Assembly: GCA_035471625.1 (NCBI GenBank)
Contig: DATIPT010000069.1
Coordinates: 15,757 to 79,756, forward strand
DNA from: Anaerolineales bacterium
GTDB taxonomy: Bacteria; Chloroflexota; Anaerolineae; Anaerolineales; E44-bin32
DNA length: 64,000 nt
Reading direction: 5' to 3'
The position numbers were made by a program, and so were the translations under genes. The notes under the pieces are model-generated. The model searched no databases, was not told the origin of the DNA, and worked only from the letters and a program-made list of their open reading frames with translations. Each line of letters opens with the position of its first letter. Position 1 is the stretch's first letter. This document shows positions 18,079-27,430 of this stretch, piece after piece.

Positions 18079-19407
18079 GTGACCAAATCCAAGTCGAAGC
18101 CCAAACCGAACACCAAGCCGAAGAGCGCCTCATCCGACAAGACGCCCGACGCCGGGCATGTCTTGATCCAGGAGATGATGACCGAGCCCCCCGAGACCCC
18201 GGCCGCGAAGCGCTCCTTCTGGCGCCGTGCCCTGCAGGTGGTGCTGGTTCCCGCCTTGGCCGTGTTCACGGGATTGGTCGTCGGCGGGGTGTTGATCGCG
18301 GTGACCTCCCCGACGGTATGGGCGGCTTTCCAGGAATCGATCCTCCAGGGGATCGGGACGGCCTTCTACGAAGTGTTCCGGGCCTATGCCGGGCTGTTCG
18401 CCGGCGCCTTCGGAGACCCGGTCAAGATGATGGCCGCGATCCAGAGCGGCGACCCCCTGGCCTTGCGCCGGGCCTTTAACCCGATTCTCGAGAGCATGGT
18501 GGCGGCCACCCCGTACATCTTCGCAGGGCTGGCGGTGGCGCTGGGGTTCCGCGGCGGCCTCTTCAACATTGGAGCGGAAGGGCAGATCTTCGTCGGGGCG
18601 CTCGCCGCCGCCTGGGCCGGCTACGCATTCCAGGGGCTTCCACCGATCGTCCATATCCCCCTCTCCCTGGCGGCGGGCGCGCTGGGTGGGGCGCTGTGGG
18701 GCTTCATCCCTGGCTTCCTCAAGGCGCGCACGGGCGCGCACGAAGTCATCAACACGATCATGATGAACTACATCGCGTTCCGGCTGAGCGATTGGCTCCT
18801 GACCGGGCCGATGAAGCGCCCCGATTCGTTCAATCCCGTCAGCCCGACGATCCAGGACTCGGCCATGCTGCCGCGTTTCTTCCAGGATCCGATCCGCTTC
18901 CACCTGGGCTTCTTCGTCGCCTTGGGGGTCGCCTACCTGGTTTATTGGTTCCTGTTCCGAACCACCTGGGGCTTTGACCTGCGGACGGCCGGGGCCAACC
19001 CGAACGCGGCGCGCTATGCCGGGATCAAGACCAGTTTGTGGATCGTCTTGACGATGACGATCTCGGGAGCGCTGGCCGGCCTGGCGGGGACGAACGAAGT
19101 GTTGGGAGTCAATCACAACGTGGCGATGGCGTTCTCCTCCGGCTATGGATTTGACAGCATCGCCCTGGCGCTGCTTGGCCGATCCCACCCGCTCGGTGTC
19201 GTCCTGGCGTCGCTTCTCTTCGGGACTCTGCGGAGCGGGGCGACGCGGATGCAGGTCGTGTCGGGCATTCCGATCGACATCGTTTCGGTCATCCAGGCGA
19301 CGATCCTGGCCTTCATCGCCGCCCCGGCGATCATCCGAACGATCTACCGCCTGCGACAGCCCTCCGAGGCCGAAGAGGAAGTTCTGGTCCGTGGTTGGGG
19401 AGGTTAG
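18079..19407 (+). CDS. ABC transporter permease (BMP/nucleoside system)
   Basis: Polytopic protein; 'FNIGAEGQIFVGAL' and 'TGAHEVINTIMMNYIA' are typical of this permease family. GTG 18079 gives a Lys/Pro-rich N-tail. The alternative ATG 18175 cannot be excluded. Confidence 0.85.
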   Translation: MTKSKSKPKPNTKPKSASSDKTPDAGHVLIQEMMTEPPETPAAKRSFWRRALQVVLVPALAVFTGLVVGGVLIAVTSPTVWAAFQESILQGIGTAFYEVFRAYAGLFAGAFGDPVKMMAAIQSGDPLALRRAFNPILESMVAATPYIFAGLAVALGFRGGLFNIGAEGQIFVGALAAAWAGYAFQGLPPIVHIPLSLAAGALGGALWGFIPGFLKARTGAHEVINTIMMNYIAFRLSDWLLTGPMKRPDSFNPVSPTIQDSAMLPRFFQDPIRFHLGFFVALGVAYLVYWFLFRTTWGFDLRTAGANPNAARYAGIKTSLWIVLTMTISGALAGLAGTNEVLGVNHNVAMAFSSGYGFDSIALALLGRSHPLGVVLASLLFGTLRSGATRMQVVSGIPIDIVSVIQATILAFIAAPAIIRTIYRLRQPSEAEEEVLVRGWGG

Positions 19408-19410
19408 CCG

Positions 19411-20679
19411 ATGAGTGCAGCAGCCACTGCGGCCGTGCGTGAAGTCTCCGCTCCCCAGACGCGGCGGTTCGTCATGGGGGCGCTGTTCATCGTCTTCGGG
19501 CTCGTCCTGTGGTTCGGCTTCGCCCAGGGTGTTGAGGCGGACGCCGTCACGACGTTTGGCCTGACGCCGGGCGGCGTGACGACGACGCTGCGAGACTGGA
19601 CGCTGCAGACTCGCCCAGCGCTGACCGTCCTGGCGCTGGTCTGCGTCTTCATTGGCGCCGTCGAGCTCGTTCGGGGACTGGGACGGTTCCAGAATCTGGC
19701 ACTCGGACTGGTCGTGGGTTTCTTCGTCTTCGGCTTCCTGGTGTGGGCGACGGCAGGAAAGTCGATGAACCTGGGCGGCTTGTTGAATGCTTCCCTCGAC
19801 AAGGCCGTTCCGATCACGCTGGCGGCGCTCTCAGGCGTGCTGTGCGAGCGCGCCGGGGTTGTCAACATCGCCATCGAAGGGATGATGCTCACCGGGGCGA
19901 TGGTCGGTGCGATGATCGGGAGCGCCGCGCAGAACTCTATGGTTGGCTTGGTGGCGGCCGTGGCGGCGGGCGGCGGCTTGGGGCTGTTCCACGGCTGGCT
20001 CTCGATCAAGTACAAGACCAATCAGATCGTCTCGGGGACGGTCATCAACATCTTCGCCACCGGGATCACCTCGTACATCTCGGCCTTGCTGCTTCAATCG
20101 CGACCCGAGCTCAACAGTCCGGTAATCTTTCCGACGTTCCCGATCCCAGTGCTGTCGCAGATCCCGGTGATCGGGCCGATCCTCTTCCTCAACAATCCTT
20201 TCGTCTACTCGATGTTCTTCTTTTTGATCGTGATCCAGGGTGCCCTGTTCTTCACTCGATGGGGTTTGCGCCACCGGTCGGTCGGGGAGCATCCGAAGGC
20301 CGCCGATACCCTCGGGATCAATGTCTTCCGGACGCGATATGTGGCGGTCCTGCTAAGCGGGATGATGGCCGGGTTCGCCGGGGCCTACTACACCCTCGGG
20401 TCGGTCGGGCGCTTCGATGAGGTCATGACGGCCGGGCGTGGCTTCATCGGCCTGGCGGCGATGATCTTCGGAAACTGGACTCCGTTCGGGGCGTTTGGCG
20501 CCAGCCTGCTGTTCGGCTTCGCCGATGCGATGTCGTCCAAACTGGCGATCCTGGGGATCGCCATCCCGTCGCAGTTCCTGCTGATGACCCCCTACATCGC
20601 CACGATGGTCGTCCTGGCGGGTGTGGTCGGACGCGGTCAGATGCCCGCGGCCGACGGGGTTCCCTACGAAAAAGAGTGA
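19411..20679 (+). CDS. ABC transporter permease (second subunit)
   Basis: ATG follows GGGGAGG, 3 nt after the upstream stop. 'VVNIAIEGMMLTGAM' and 'VGEHPKAADTLGINV' are permease motifs. Confidence 0.85.
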   Translation: MSAAATAAVREVSAPQTRRFVMGALFIVFGLVLWFGFAQGVEADAVTTFGLTPGGVTTTLRDWTLQTRPALTVLALVCVFIGAVELVRGLGRFQNLALGLVVGFFVFGFLVWATAGKSMNLGGLLNASLDKAVPITLAALSGVLCERAGVVNIAIEGMMLTGAMVGAMIGSAAQNSMVGLVAAVAAGGGLGLFHGWLSIKYKTNQIVSGTVINIFATGITSYISALLLQSRPELNSPVIFPTFPIPVLSQIPVIGPILFLNNPFVYSMFFFLIVIQGALFFTRWGLRHRSVGEHPKAADTLGINVFRTRYVAVLLSGMMAGFAGAYYTLGSVGRFDEVMTAGRGFIGLAAMIFGNWTPFGAFGASLLFGFADAMSSKLAILGIAIPSQFLLMTPYIATMVVLAGVVGRGQMPAADGVPYEKE

Positions 20680-20742
20680 CACCGTGCCGGGTGATCGCCG
20701 GCTTAGGCTCGGCCCGTCTCCGCCCATGATGGCGGGATCCTG

Positions 20743-21453
20743 ATGTTCGCCGAACCGGCGTTGACCCGCTTTGATTTGAGATTCTCGGTCGCCGGGATTC
20801 CGGTTCGGATCCACCCTCTCTTCTGGCTCATCGCCGTCCTGCTCGGGTTCTCCGCCGGCGACCCGCTCTTCATCGTGATCTGGGTCGCCGTGGTCTTGAT
20901 ATCCATCCTGGTCCACGAGTTTGGCCACGCGTTGGCGTTTCGTGCTCTGGGAGAGCGCTCGAAAGTGGTCTTGTACGGCATGGGGGGCCTGACAATCCCT
21001 GAGAGCGCAACCTGGGGAGGCCTCGGGCAGCGGACCTACGGAACCGCGCAACGCGTCCTGATTTCTGCTGCCGGTCCGGCCGCCGGCTTCGGGTTGGCCT
21101 TCGTCGTCTTCGTGGCCGCCATCGCCGGAATGCTGACGACGGCCGCCCTGTTCGAGAACTTCTACGTCCAAGCGCTCTTCGACGCTCTCCTGTGGGTCAA
21201 CGTGGTTTGGGGATTGGTGAATTTGGCGCCTGTGCTTCCCCTGGACGGCGGCCAGATCGCCCGTTCAATCCTGGAACGGCTGGATCCGCTTGGAGGGCTT
21301 CGCAAGGCGCTATGGGTCTCGACGATCACGGGCGGCGTGATTGCCGTGGTGGCGTTCTTCACCCAGTACTACTTCGCGGCGTTCCTCTTCTTCATGCTGG
21401 CGGCGGGCAGCAGCCGGCTGCTGCGCGGCTCCGGGGCGAGCGGCCTCAGCTAG
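20743..21453 (+). CDS. Site-2/M50-family membrane metalloprotease
   Basis: HExxH 'LVHEFGHAL' within a TM helix and a distal 'NLAPVLPLDGG' motif. Confidence 0.75.
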   Translation: MFAEPALTRFDLRFSVAGIPVRIHPLFWLIAVLLGFSAGDPLFIVIWVAVVLISILVHEFGHALAFRALGERSKVVLYGMGGLTIPESATWGGLGQRTYGTAQRVLISAAGPAAGFGLAFVVFVAAIAGMLTTAALFENFYVQALFDALLWVNVVWGLVNLAPVLPLDGGQIARSILERLDPLGGLRKALWVSTITGGVIAVVAFFTQYYFAAFLFFMLAAGSSRLLRGSGASGLS

Positions 21454-21540
21454 CGGGCCGCCTCGCCGCGTCTCCATCTCTGTTTCGACGTTTACCCGAG
21501 ACCATGAAAGAAGGGAAACCGGTCGATCCCGAATTCGGCT

Positions 21541-23130
21541 CTAGAGGGCGGCCAGGAGCCGGAGTTCGGGCAGGAGCAACGGAACGGCCGCCGCTGCGCC
21601 GATGGCCAGGGCGCCGAACGTTGCGAACGCCCCGGATGGAAGCACGACCCCGAGCAACGCCGCCGCTCCGCAGGCAACGCCTGCACTGAGGACGGCCCTC
21701 GCAACAGGTCGGCCGATGCGGCCGATGGAAGGATAGGTTCGCCGCAGCAAGAACAGGAGGATCGCCGCCTCGAGGCTGAAGGCGATCGAGTTGGAGAGGG
21801 CGATTCCCACAGCGCCGAGCGGCCGAAAGAGCAGCGCCGCCGAGACGGCGAAAGTCGTGAGGCCGATCAGCGTTGTCCGGAGGGGGGTGCGCGCATCCTG
21901 TTGGGAGTAGAAGGCGCGCGCCCCGACTTCCAGCAGACTGTGGCCCAGCAAGCCGAGCATATAGGCCCGGGCCGCCGCCGCCACCAGGGCCGTACCCGCC
22001 GGATCGAATCCGAAGACGATTTGCACGAGGGGCTCCATCCCGTATAGGAAGAGGGCCGCCACGGGGATCGCGAGCACGGTCAGGACGCGCACGGCGCGGG
22101 CCAGAAGCGCTTCGAACGCCTGCGCGTCCCGACGAGCGTGCTGGCCGGAGATCGTCGGGAGCAGGGCGGTGGCGATGGCGGTGGCGATCAGGGTCTCGGG
22201 AAGCTGCATGATCAGCCAGCCGAAAGTCAACGCCGTGACCGACCCGACGGCAAGGCGCGAGGCCAGGTTGTCCTGGATGATGAAGATCAACTGAAAGGCC
22301 CCGATGGTCAGAACGCGGGGGCCCATCAACCGCGCTACACGCAGCAACCCAGGATCCCTGCGGTCGAGGGACGGGGTCCAGCGGAAGCGATAGCGGATCA
22401 ACCCTGGGATTTGCACGCCGAGGTGGAGCGCGGCGCCGAGAATCACCCCGTAGACAAGACCGTGGACGCCCAGGCCGGCTGCCGGCAACGTGATCGGGCC
22501 GAGGGTGATCGGGGTCGTGGGGGCGAGCACGAGGGCGCCAAAGATCTGGCCGAGGTCATAGACGATCGGGGCCAGGGCCGGCAGGAAGAAGTGCCGGTTC
22601 GATTGCAGGCCGGAGACGACGATCCCGCTGAGTGAGAAGAGCAGGGTCGCAATCAGGTTCAGCCGCATCAGGCTGACGACGAGTGTCTGGAGCTCGGGCT
22701 CGAACCCGGGCGCGACGCCGAACTCGCCGCGCACGATCGGACCGGCGAGCGTACCGACAAGGATCGCAAGGCCAGCTGTAATCAGGAAGACCCAGTTGGC
22801 GACGCGGCTGAACAGGGCCCAGAGGGCCGGCCGGCCTTCCTTCTCAAGCGTGGCGGAAAGGACGGGGATCAGTGCCAGCCCGAGGGCGCCACCGGAGATC
22901 ATCGCGAAAAGCAGGTCGGGAACATTGTTGGCGGCGTTGAAGGCGTCGAGCTCGGCGCTCACGCCGAATTGACGACCGATGATCGCCTGGCGGAAGACCC
23001 CGAGCGCTTTGTCGATCGCAAAGAGGAGGGAGATTTGGAGCGACGCCCAGGCGATGGGCGAGAGGCGTCGCCGGAAGGAGAACCGACGCGGTGGTTCGAC
23101 CGCAGCGGTGGTCAGCTTGGCGCTCCCCAC
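21541..23130 (-). CDS. murJ: Lipid II flippase MurJ/MviN
   Basis: 'GVFRQAIIGRQFGVSAELDAFNAANNVPDLLFAMISGGAL' is the conserved MurJ N-terminus. About 14 TM segments. The GTG start at 23130 overlaps the upstream gene by 19 nt, so the start is uncertain. Confidence 0.85.
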   Translation of the reverse strand: MGSAKLTTAAVEPPRRFSFRRRLSPIAWASLQISLLFAIDKALGVFRQAIIGRQFGVSAELDAFNAANNVPDLLFAMISGGALGLALIPVLSATLEKEGRPALWALFSRVANWVFLITAGLAILVGTLAGPIVRGEFGVAPGFEPELQTLVVSLMRLNLIATLLFSLSGIVVSGLQSNRHFFLPALAPIVYDLGQIFGALVLAPTTPITLGPITLPAAGLGVHGLVYGVILGAALHLGVQIPGLIRYRFRWTPSLDRRDPGLLRVARLMGPRVLTIGAFQLIFIIQDNLASRLAVGSVTALTFGWLIMQLPETLIATAIATALLPTISGQHARRDAQAFEALLARAVRVLTVLAIPVAALFLYGMEPLVQIVFGFDPAGTALVAAAARAYMLGLLGHSLLEVGARAFYSQQDARTPLRTTLIGLTTFAVSAALLFRPLGAVGIALSNSIAFSLEAAILLFLLRRTYPSIGRIGRPVARAVLSAGVACGAAALLGVVLPSGAFATFGALAIGAAAAVPLLLPELRLLAAL

Positions 23131-24428
23131 TGCTGGAGATAGTACAGGGCCGGCTCAAACCCCGGGTGCATATTGACTGCGGCGCGCATGTCTTCTATCG
23201 CCCGTTGTCGATCCCCGATCGCGTCGAAGGCCAGGCCGCGCCAGTAGTAGCTTTCCTCGAGGACCGGCTCGCTCATCGTGACGAGAGTCTGAGTAGCCAG
23301 GTTGATGACCTTGTCGTAGCGTCCGGAATAGTAGTAGGCCCAATACGGGCCTGTCTGGTACCAGAGCATCCGCCACGGGCGGTTCTCCGGATCTTGGACG
23401 GCCAGCTGGGCATCGATGGCGAACGCTTCGTCATAGGCCTGGGCGGCGCCGGCGTAGTCGTCGAGGGCGACCAGGCTCGATCCACGATTGAACCAAGCGA
23501 AGAACTGATCCCGCCCGGATGACCCGAAGATCTCCTGGGAGGCTCGGTCGGCGGCCGTCAGGACTGCGGCTGCTTCATCCGCGTGAGGTCCGAGCAGGGC
23601 CATGACTTCCGCTTCGCGTTCCGGAGGGAAGATGACCAGGTACGTGTAGTTGAAGTGACCCCAATACTTGACCAGGTCGTCGTACGGAAACGGGAAATCG
23701 GCCATGATGTACGAGTCTTGGGTGAGGACCTGCTGCTTGGCGTCGTCGTAGCCGGTGATGAGGGCATAGTGCCCCATCCACCCTTCGAAGCCGTAGCCTT
23801 CAAAGCCCTTCTCGACGATGACGGGGAAGCCGGCGGCGACCAGGCGCTTGATCAGGTCGAGGTCGCCGCCCGCGCGAACGACGGCGCGGAGATCGGTCTC
23901 GGCGTTGACGAACTCCGCCAACTCATAGGGCATGACGTTCTTGTCGCGCGGGTTGGGTTTGGTGAACTCGGCCACCGGACGTTGGTCGCCATCCCAATCC
24001 CAAAAGGAGAGGCCCATCGAGAGCGTCGCCGGGCCGCAGTTGTTCCATTTCTGATACTCATGGCGCACACCGACCAGGCTCACAACCGGAGGCAAGGGCG
24101 TTGCCGTCGGACCGAGGGTAGCCGTCGGACCGAGGGAAGCCGTCGCCGGAAGTGGCGCGGTGAGGGTGGGAGTCGATGGCGGGGCGGGCGTTGGAGCGAC
24201 CGCCGTCAGAGTCTGTTCGACGATCGCCGCCAGGGTCGGATCGGGGGTGAAGACGGCCTCCCCGGGTGGGAAGAGTGCGTACCAGACTTGGGCGCGGGCT
24301 TCGGAGAGTCGCCATCCGATGCGGTCCTGCACGGGTGGGAGAGTTGAAGCCGCGGCTGCGCCCGCGCCACATGCGACGATGAGACCGAGGCCGAGTACCC
24401 AGGGGAACCAGCGAGATCGCTTGCGCAT
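23112..24428 (-). CDS. Membrane-anchored C39-like cysteine peptidase domain protein with C-terminal TPR repeats
   Basis: N-terminal TM and a Pro/Thr linker. Catalytic-Cys context 'KWNNCGPATLSM' and His context 'GHYALITGYD'. C-terminal TPR-like 'AAQAYDEAFAID', 'YYWRGLAFDAIGDRQRAIEDM'. Confidence 0.7.
   Translation of the reverse strand: MRKRSRWFPWVLGLGLIVACGAGAAAASTLPPVQDRIGWRLSEARAQVWYALFPPGEAVFTPDPTLAAIVEQTLTAVAPTPAPPSTPTLTAPLPATASLGPTATLGPTATPLPPVVSLVGVRHEYQKWNNCGPATLSMGLSFWDWDGDQRPVAEFTKPNPRDKNVMPYELAEFVNAETDLRAVVRAGGDLDLIKRLVAAGFPVIVEKGFEGYGFEGWMGHYALITGYDDAKQQVLTQDSYIMADFPFPYDDLVKYWGHFNYTYLVIFPPEREAEVMALLGPHADEAAAVLTAADRASQEIFGSSGRDQFFAWFNRGSSLVALDDYAGAAQAYDEAFAIDAQLAVQDPENRPWRMLWYQTGPYWAYYYSGRYDKVINLATQTLVTMSEPVLEESYYWRGLAFDAIGDRQRAIEDMRAAVNMHPGFEPALYYLQQWGAPS
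24103..24150. repeat. Tandem 18-bp repeat (about 2.6 copies) in the linker of the C39-TPR gene
   Basis: GCCGTCGGACCGAGGGTA, GCCGTCGGACCGAGGGAA, then GCCGTCGCCGGA. Encodes the 'LGPTATLGPTAT' repeat in the Pro/Thr linker. Confidence 0.8.
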
Positions 24429-24479
24429 CGAGGTCCGGTGTCCGCCACCTCCGAAGCTCGGGGACGCGGCGGGTCGGGG

Positions 24480-24485
24480 ATTATA
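24480..24485 (-). promoter_or_regulatory. -10 box TATAAT (minus strand) upstream of the C39-TPR/murJ genes
   Basis: The reverse complement of ATTATA at 24480-24485 reads GCTATAAT. GGAGGTGG RBS lies downstream, before ATG 24428. Confidence 0.35.
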
Positions 24486-24535
24486 GCCGATGGAGCCAAG
24501 GGTCCCCGGCGAAGGCTACGGCCTTTCCCGTCGCG

Positions 24536-25321
24536 TCAGGAGGGCTCCCAAATCACGCTGGCTCGCTTGCGAAATCGATCGAGGACGCGCACCAGCGAGG
24601 TGCCCAGAAGGCCGATGAGCAGGAAATTGCCAAGGGCGCGCATGCTATCCCAGGCGAGGGAAGTGACCACGTAGTAGCGCGCGTATCGGGCGAGGAGCTC
24701 GGAGGCGGGCAGCGACGGAGCCCAACTCAGATCCGGCGCGCCCAGGGCATAGGGCCAGAAGTACAGGTTGGTCATCGCGCCATAGAGCAAGCCCCAGGCC
24801 GCCCCCACGGCGGCGAGGATCCATATCGGGGTGCGCCGCGGCAGCAAGGCGGCGGTCATGCCGGCCCAGCCGGCGGCGAGCATCTGGTAGGGAGTCCACG
24901 GGCCCAGGCCGCCCGGGGTCACAGGGTCGGACACGAGCAGGGTCAGGGCACCCATCAAGAAGCCGAGGCGCGGTCCGAAGACGAATCCGACCAGGAGGAT
25001 CAGCAGAAACACGGGGGAGAAGCCGCCCGGGAGAGGCAAGAGATTGTCGGCCACCCGCAAGGCGGTGTTCAGGCCGATCAAGGCTCCCAACATCGCGATC
25101 GTGTGGATCGTAAGACCCTGCTGGGCTTCTGTCAGGATGGCCAGCAGGATCAACGCCATCGAGGCGCTGAACAAGAGGAGCGACGTGCGCGCCTCGGCCG
25201 GGGCCGTGAGGCCGGCGCGACCGGTCACGGCCGGAGCCCAGAAGGGGAAGAGAAAGAACCCCACCCCGGCCAGGGTCAGGCCCGCGAAGAATAGATTGCC
25301 GAGATTCAACTGAGAGCGCAT
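24536..25321 (-). CDS. Polytopic membrane protein, ECF-transporter S-component-like
   Basis: Six or seven hydrophobic helices. The 'GGFSPVFLLILLVGFVFGPRLGFLMG' and 'GLGPWTPYQMLAAGWAG' patterns resemble ECF S components. Start ATG 25321 is preferred over GTG 25390. Confidence 0.5.
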   Translation of the reverse strand: MRSQLNLGNLFFAGLTLAGVGFFLFPFWAPAVTGRAGLTAPAEARTSLLLFSASMALILLAILTEAQQGLTIHTIAMLGALIGLNTALRVADNLLPLPGGFSPVFLLILLVGFVFGPRLGFLMGALTLLVSDPVTPGGLGPWTPYQMLAAGWAGMTAALLPRRTPIWILAAVGAAWGLLYGAMTNLYFWPYALGAPDLSWAPSLPASELLARYARYYVVTSLAWDSMRALGNFLLIGLLGTSLVRVLDRFRKRASVIWEPS

Positions 25322-25394
25322 GCAGAAGACCGGCAGGACACCCGGCGCGCCGGGCAGTATATCACGCACGTTCTTGGAGGCGTCTGGCACGGGC

Positions 25395-25400
25395 TATAAT
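25395..25400 (+). promoter_or_regulatory. -10 box (GCTATAAT) 7 nt upstream of the LysM gene ATG - leaderless candidate
   Basis: TATAAT at 25395-25400, ATG at 25408, no SD sequence between them. Confidence 0.4.
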
Positions 25401-25407
25401 CGCCTCA

Positions 25408-26235
25408 ATGAAGGGCACCAAGAGTCTTCGCCGGGCAGCCGGGAGGCTGGCCTTGATCGTAGGGCTGGTGGCCGGCCTGGCCGGTGCAAGTCTGGGCATG
25501 GTCTCTGCGGGTTTGGCGGCGCCCCAGTCGCAGGGATTTCAGACGCCCACGCCGGGTCCTGACGGGAAGATCATCTACATTGTCAAAGCCGGCGACGACC
25601 TTTGGACGATCGCCGCCTTGAGCGGCAAGACCGTCGAAGAGATCATGGCTCTAAATGGCATTCAGCCCGGCGACTTCATCACGCCAGGGATGCAGCTGCT
25701 GCTCGGGTTGGCCGGCCCGGTCCTGCCGACGGCCGCTCCGGAGAGCCGACCAACAATGACGATCCGCCCCCCGACGCCGACGCCGATCTTTGGTGCCGGC
25801 GCCATCTGTGTGCTGCTGTTCCTGGATGTCAACGGGAACGCCCGCATCGACGAAGGCGAACTTCCCCTGGAGGGTGGCCAGATCAGCCTGGCCGAGCCTT
25901 CGGGCATCATCGCCGGCGAACACACCACCTCTGCAGATCCCGAGGGCTACTGTTTTGAAGATGTTCTGAATGGCGACTACAACGTAAGCGCCGCCGCGCC
26001 CCAGGACTACAACCCCACGACGGCGATGAACACCCCGATTCGCTTGGCGCCTGGCGAGGTCAAGTACATCGAGTTCGGCGCTCAAGCCAGCGCAGCCATC
26101 AGCGGGAGTGGAGGAGGCGGGACCTCCCAGTCGTCCGTCTTGGGAGTCCTGGGTCTCGGGCTCCTGGTCGCCGCCGGCGCGCTCGGCTTCTTGGCCTTTC
26201 GCTATGGCCGGCGGACGCCGATGAGCCTCCGTTAG
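25408..26235 (+). CDS. Secreted LysM-domain protein with beta-sandwich (SdrD-B/Cna-B-like) domain and C-terminal TM anchor
   Basis: Signal peptide. LysM 'YIVKAGDDLWTIAALSGKTVEEIMALNGI'. 'DVNGNARIDEGELPLEGGQISL...GDYNVSA'. Gly-rich, TM and basic tail. Confidence 0.75.
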   Translation: MKGTKSLRRAAGRLALIVGLVAGLAGASLGMVSAGLAAPQSQGFQTPTPGPDGKIIYIVKAGDDLWTIAALSGKTVEEIMALNGIQPGDFITPGMQLLLGLAGPVLPTAAPESRPTMTIRPPTPTPIFGAGAICVLLFLDVNGNARIDEGELPLEGGQISLAEPSGIIAGEHTTSADPEGYCFEDVLNGDYNVSAAAPQDYNPTTAMNTPIRLAPGEVKYIEFGAQASAAISGSGGGGTSQSSVLGVLGLGLLVAAGALGFLAFRYGRRTPMSLR

Positions 26236-26300
26236 CACGGGCCTTCGAATCGTCTCGAGCCGAAGCCATGTCACGCCGCCCTGAGGCGGCCTGGCCGGAG

Positions 26301-27425
26301 TCAGGAGCCGCTGGCGCCGCTCGGCAGGAGGGCCCGCAGGGCGGCGAGCAGCGTCAGCACGTTCTCCGGTTGCGCCGAGTGCCCCATCAGGCCGATTCTC
26401 CAGATCTTGCCGGCGAGTGGGCCGAAACCGCCGGCGATCTCGATGTTGAACTCAGACAAGAGACGTCGGCGGATCTGGGCCTCGTCGAAAGCCCCGGGAA
26501 GCTGAGGTGTAGTCAGCGTCGGCAGCCGCCGGACTTCCGGAACGAGAAGCGAGAACCCCATCGATTCCAGCCCCTGCCACAAGAGTCGGGCGTTGGCCTG
26601 GTGCCGCTCGAAGCGCTCCAGAAGGCCTTCTTCGAGGGCAAGTCGGAGGGCCTCACGCAGGGCGTATGCCGTGCTGATCGGGGCGGTGTGGTGGTAGGGG
26701 GGAGACTCACCCCAGTACTTGTCGAGCAATTCGAGGTCGAGATAGAAGACCGGCGGGGGAGTCCGACGGCGGGCGATGGCCTGGCGGGCCCGATCGCTGA
26801 CTGTGATCGGCGAGAGTCCCGGAGGCGCGGAGAGGGCCTTCTGCCCGGCCCCATAGGCAACATCAACCTGCCACGCGTCGACCTCGACCGGGAGCCCTCC
26901 CAGGGAGGTGACCACGTCGAGGACGAGTAGGGCGCCATGGCGGTGACAGCTCTCGGCGATCGCCGCGATGTCCGGCTGTCGGGCGCCGGTCGAGGTTTCG
27001 GCGTGGACCAGGGTCACCACTTTCGCCGGCCGAGCGGTCAGGGCCCGATCGATGGCAGCCGGATCTTGGACCTCTCCCCACGGGGCCTCCAGGCGGACGA
27101 CCTCCGCGCCGTAGCGGGTTCCCATCTCGGCCAAACGCCCGCCGAAGAAGCCGTGGACGCAGGCCAGCATTGCATCTCCCGGCTCGACCAAGTTTCCGAT
27201 AGCGGCTTCCATGGCGGCCGTCCCCGTCCCGGAGACCGCCAGCGTCAGGGCGTTTTCGGTTTGGAAGACGCTTCGCAGCATCTCCCGAATGTCCGCCAGG
27301 ATGACGAGGAAGTCCGGATCGAGGTGCCCGACGAGCGGGGTAGCCATCGAACGCAGGACCCGCGGGTGGACCATGCTCGGACCCGGGCCGAGCAGCAACC
27401 GAGGCGATGGGTCGAGATCGCGCAT
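26301..27425 (-). CDS. Class V aminotransferase (alanine-glyoxylate / serine-pyruvate type)
   Basis: 'LLGPGPSMVHPRVLRSM', 'AVSGTGTAAMEAA', 'LVHAETSTGARQ' and the PLP-Lys context 'VAYGAGQKAL'. ATG 27425 is in frame; the 665-aa track ORF extension is rejected. Confidence 0.85.
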   Translation of the reverse strand: MRDLDPSPRLLLGPGPSMVHPRVLRSMATPLVGHLDPDFLVILADIREMLRSVFQTENALTLAVSGTGTAAMEAAIGNLVEPGDAMLACVHGFFGGRLAEMGTRYGAEVVRLEAPWGEVQDPAAIDRALTARPAKVVTLVHAETSTGARQPDIAAIAESCHRHGALLVLDVVTSLGGLPVEVDAWQVDVAYGAGQKALSAPPGLSPITVSDRARQAIARRRTPPPVFYLDLELLDKYWGESPPYHHTAPISTAYALREALRLALEEGLLERFERHQANARLLWQGLESMGFSLLVPEVRRLPTLTTPQLPGAFDEAQIRRRLLSEFNIEIAGGFGPLAGKIWRIGLMGHSAQPENVLTLLAALRALLPSGASGS

Positions 27426-27430
27426 CCGGG

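Noticed and set aside
15349-18269. Minus-strand ORFs 15349..16494 (381 aa) and 16881..18269 (462 aa)
   Set aside because: They are antisense to the BMP binding-protein and ABC ATPase genes, with the same GC-rich antisense composition.
26095-26232. C-terminal 'SGSGGGGTSQSS + TM + RYGRR' tail of the LysM protein as a GlyGly-CTERM/PGF-CTERM-like sorting signal
   Set aside because: No rhombosortase, archaeosortase or sortase gene is in the window, and the tail is equally well explained as a simple C-terminal membrane anchor.
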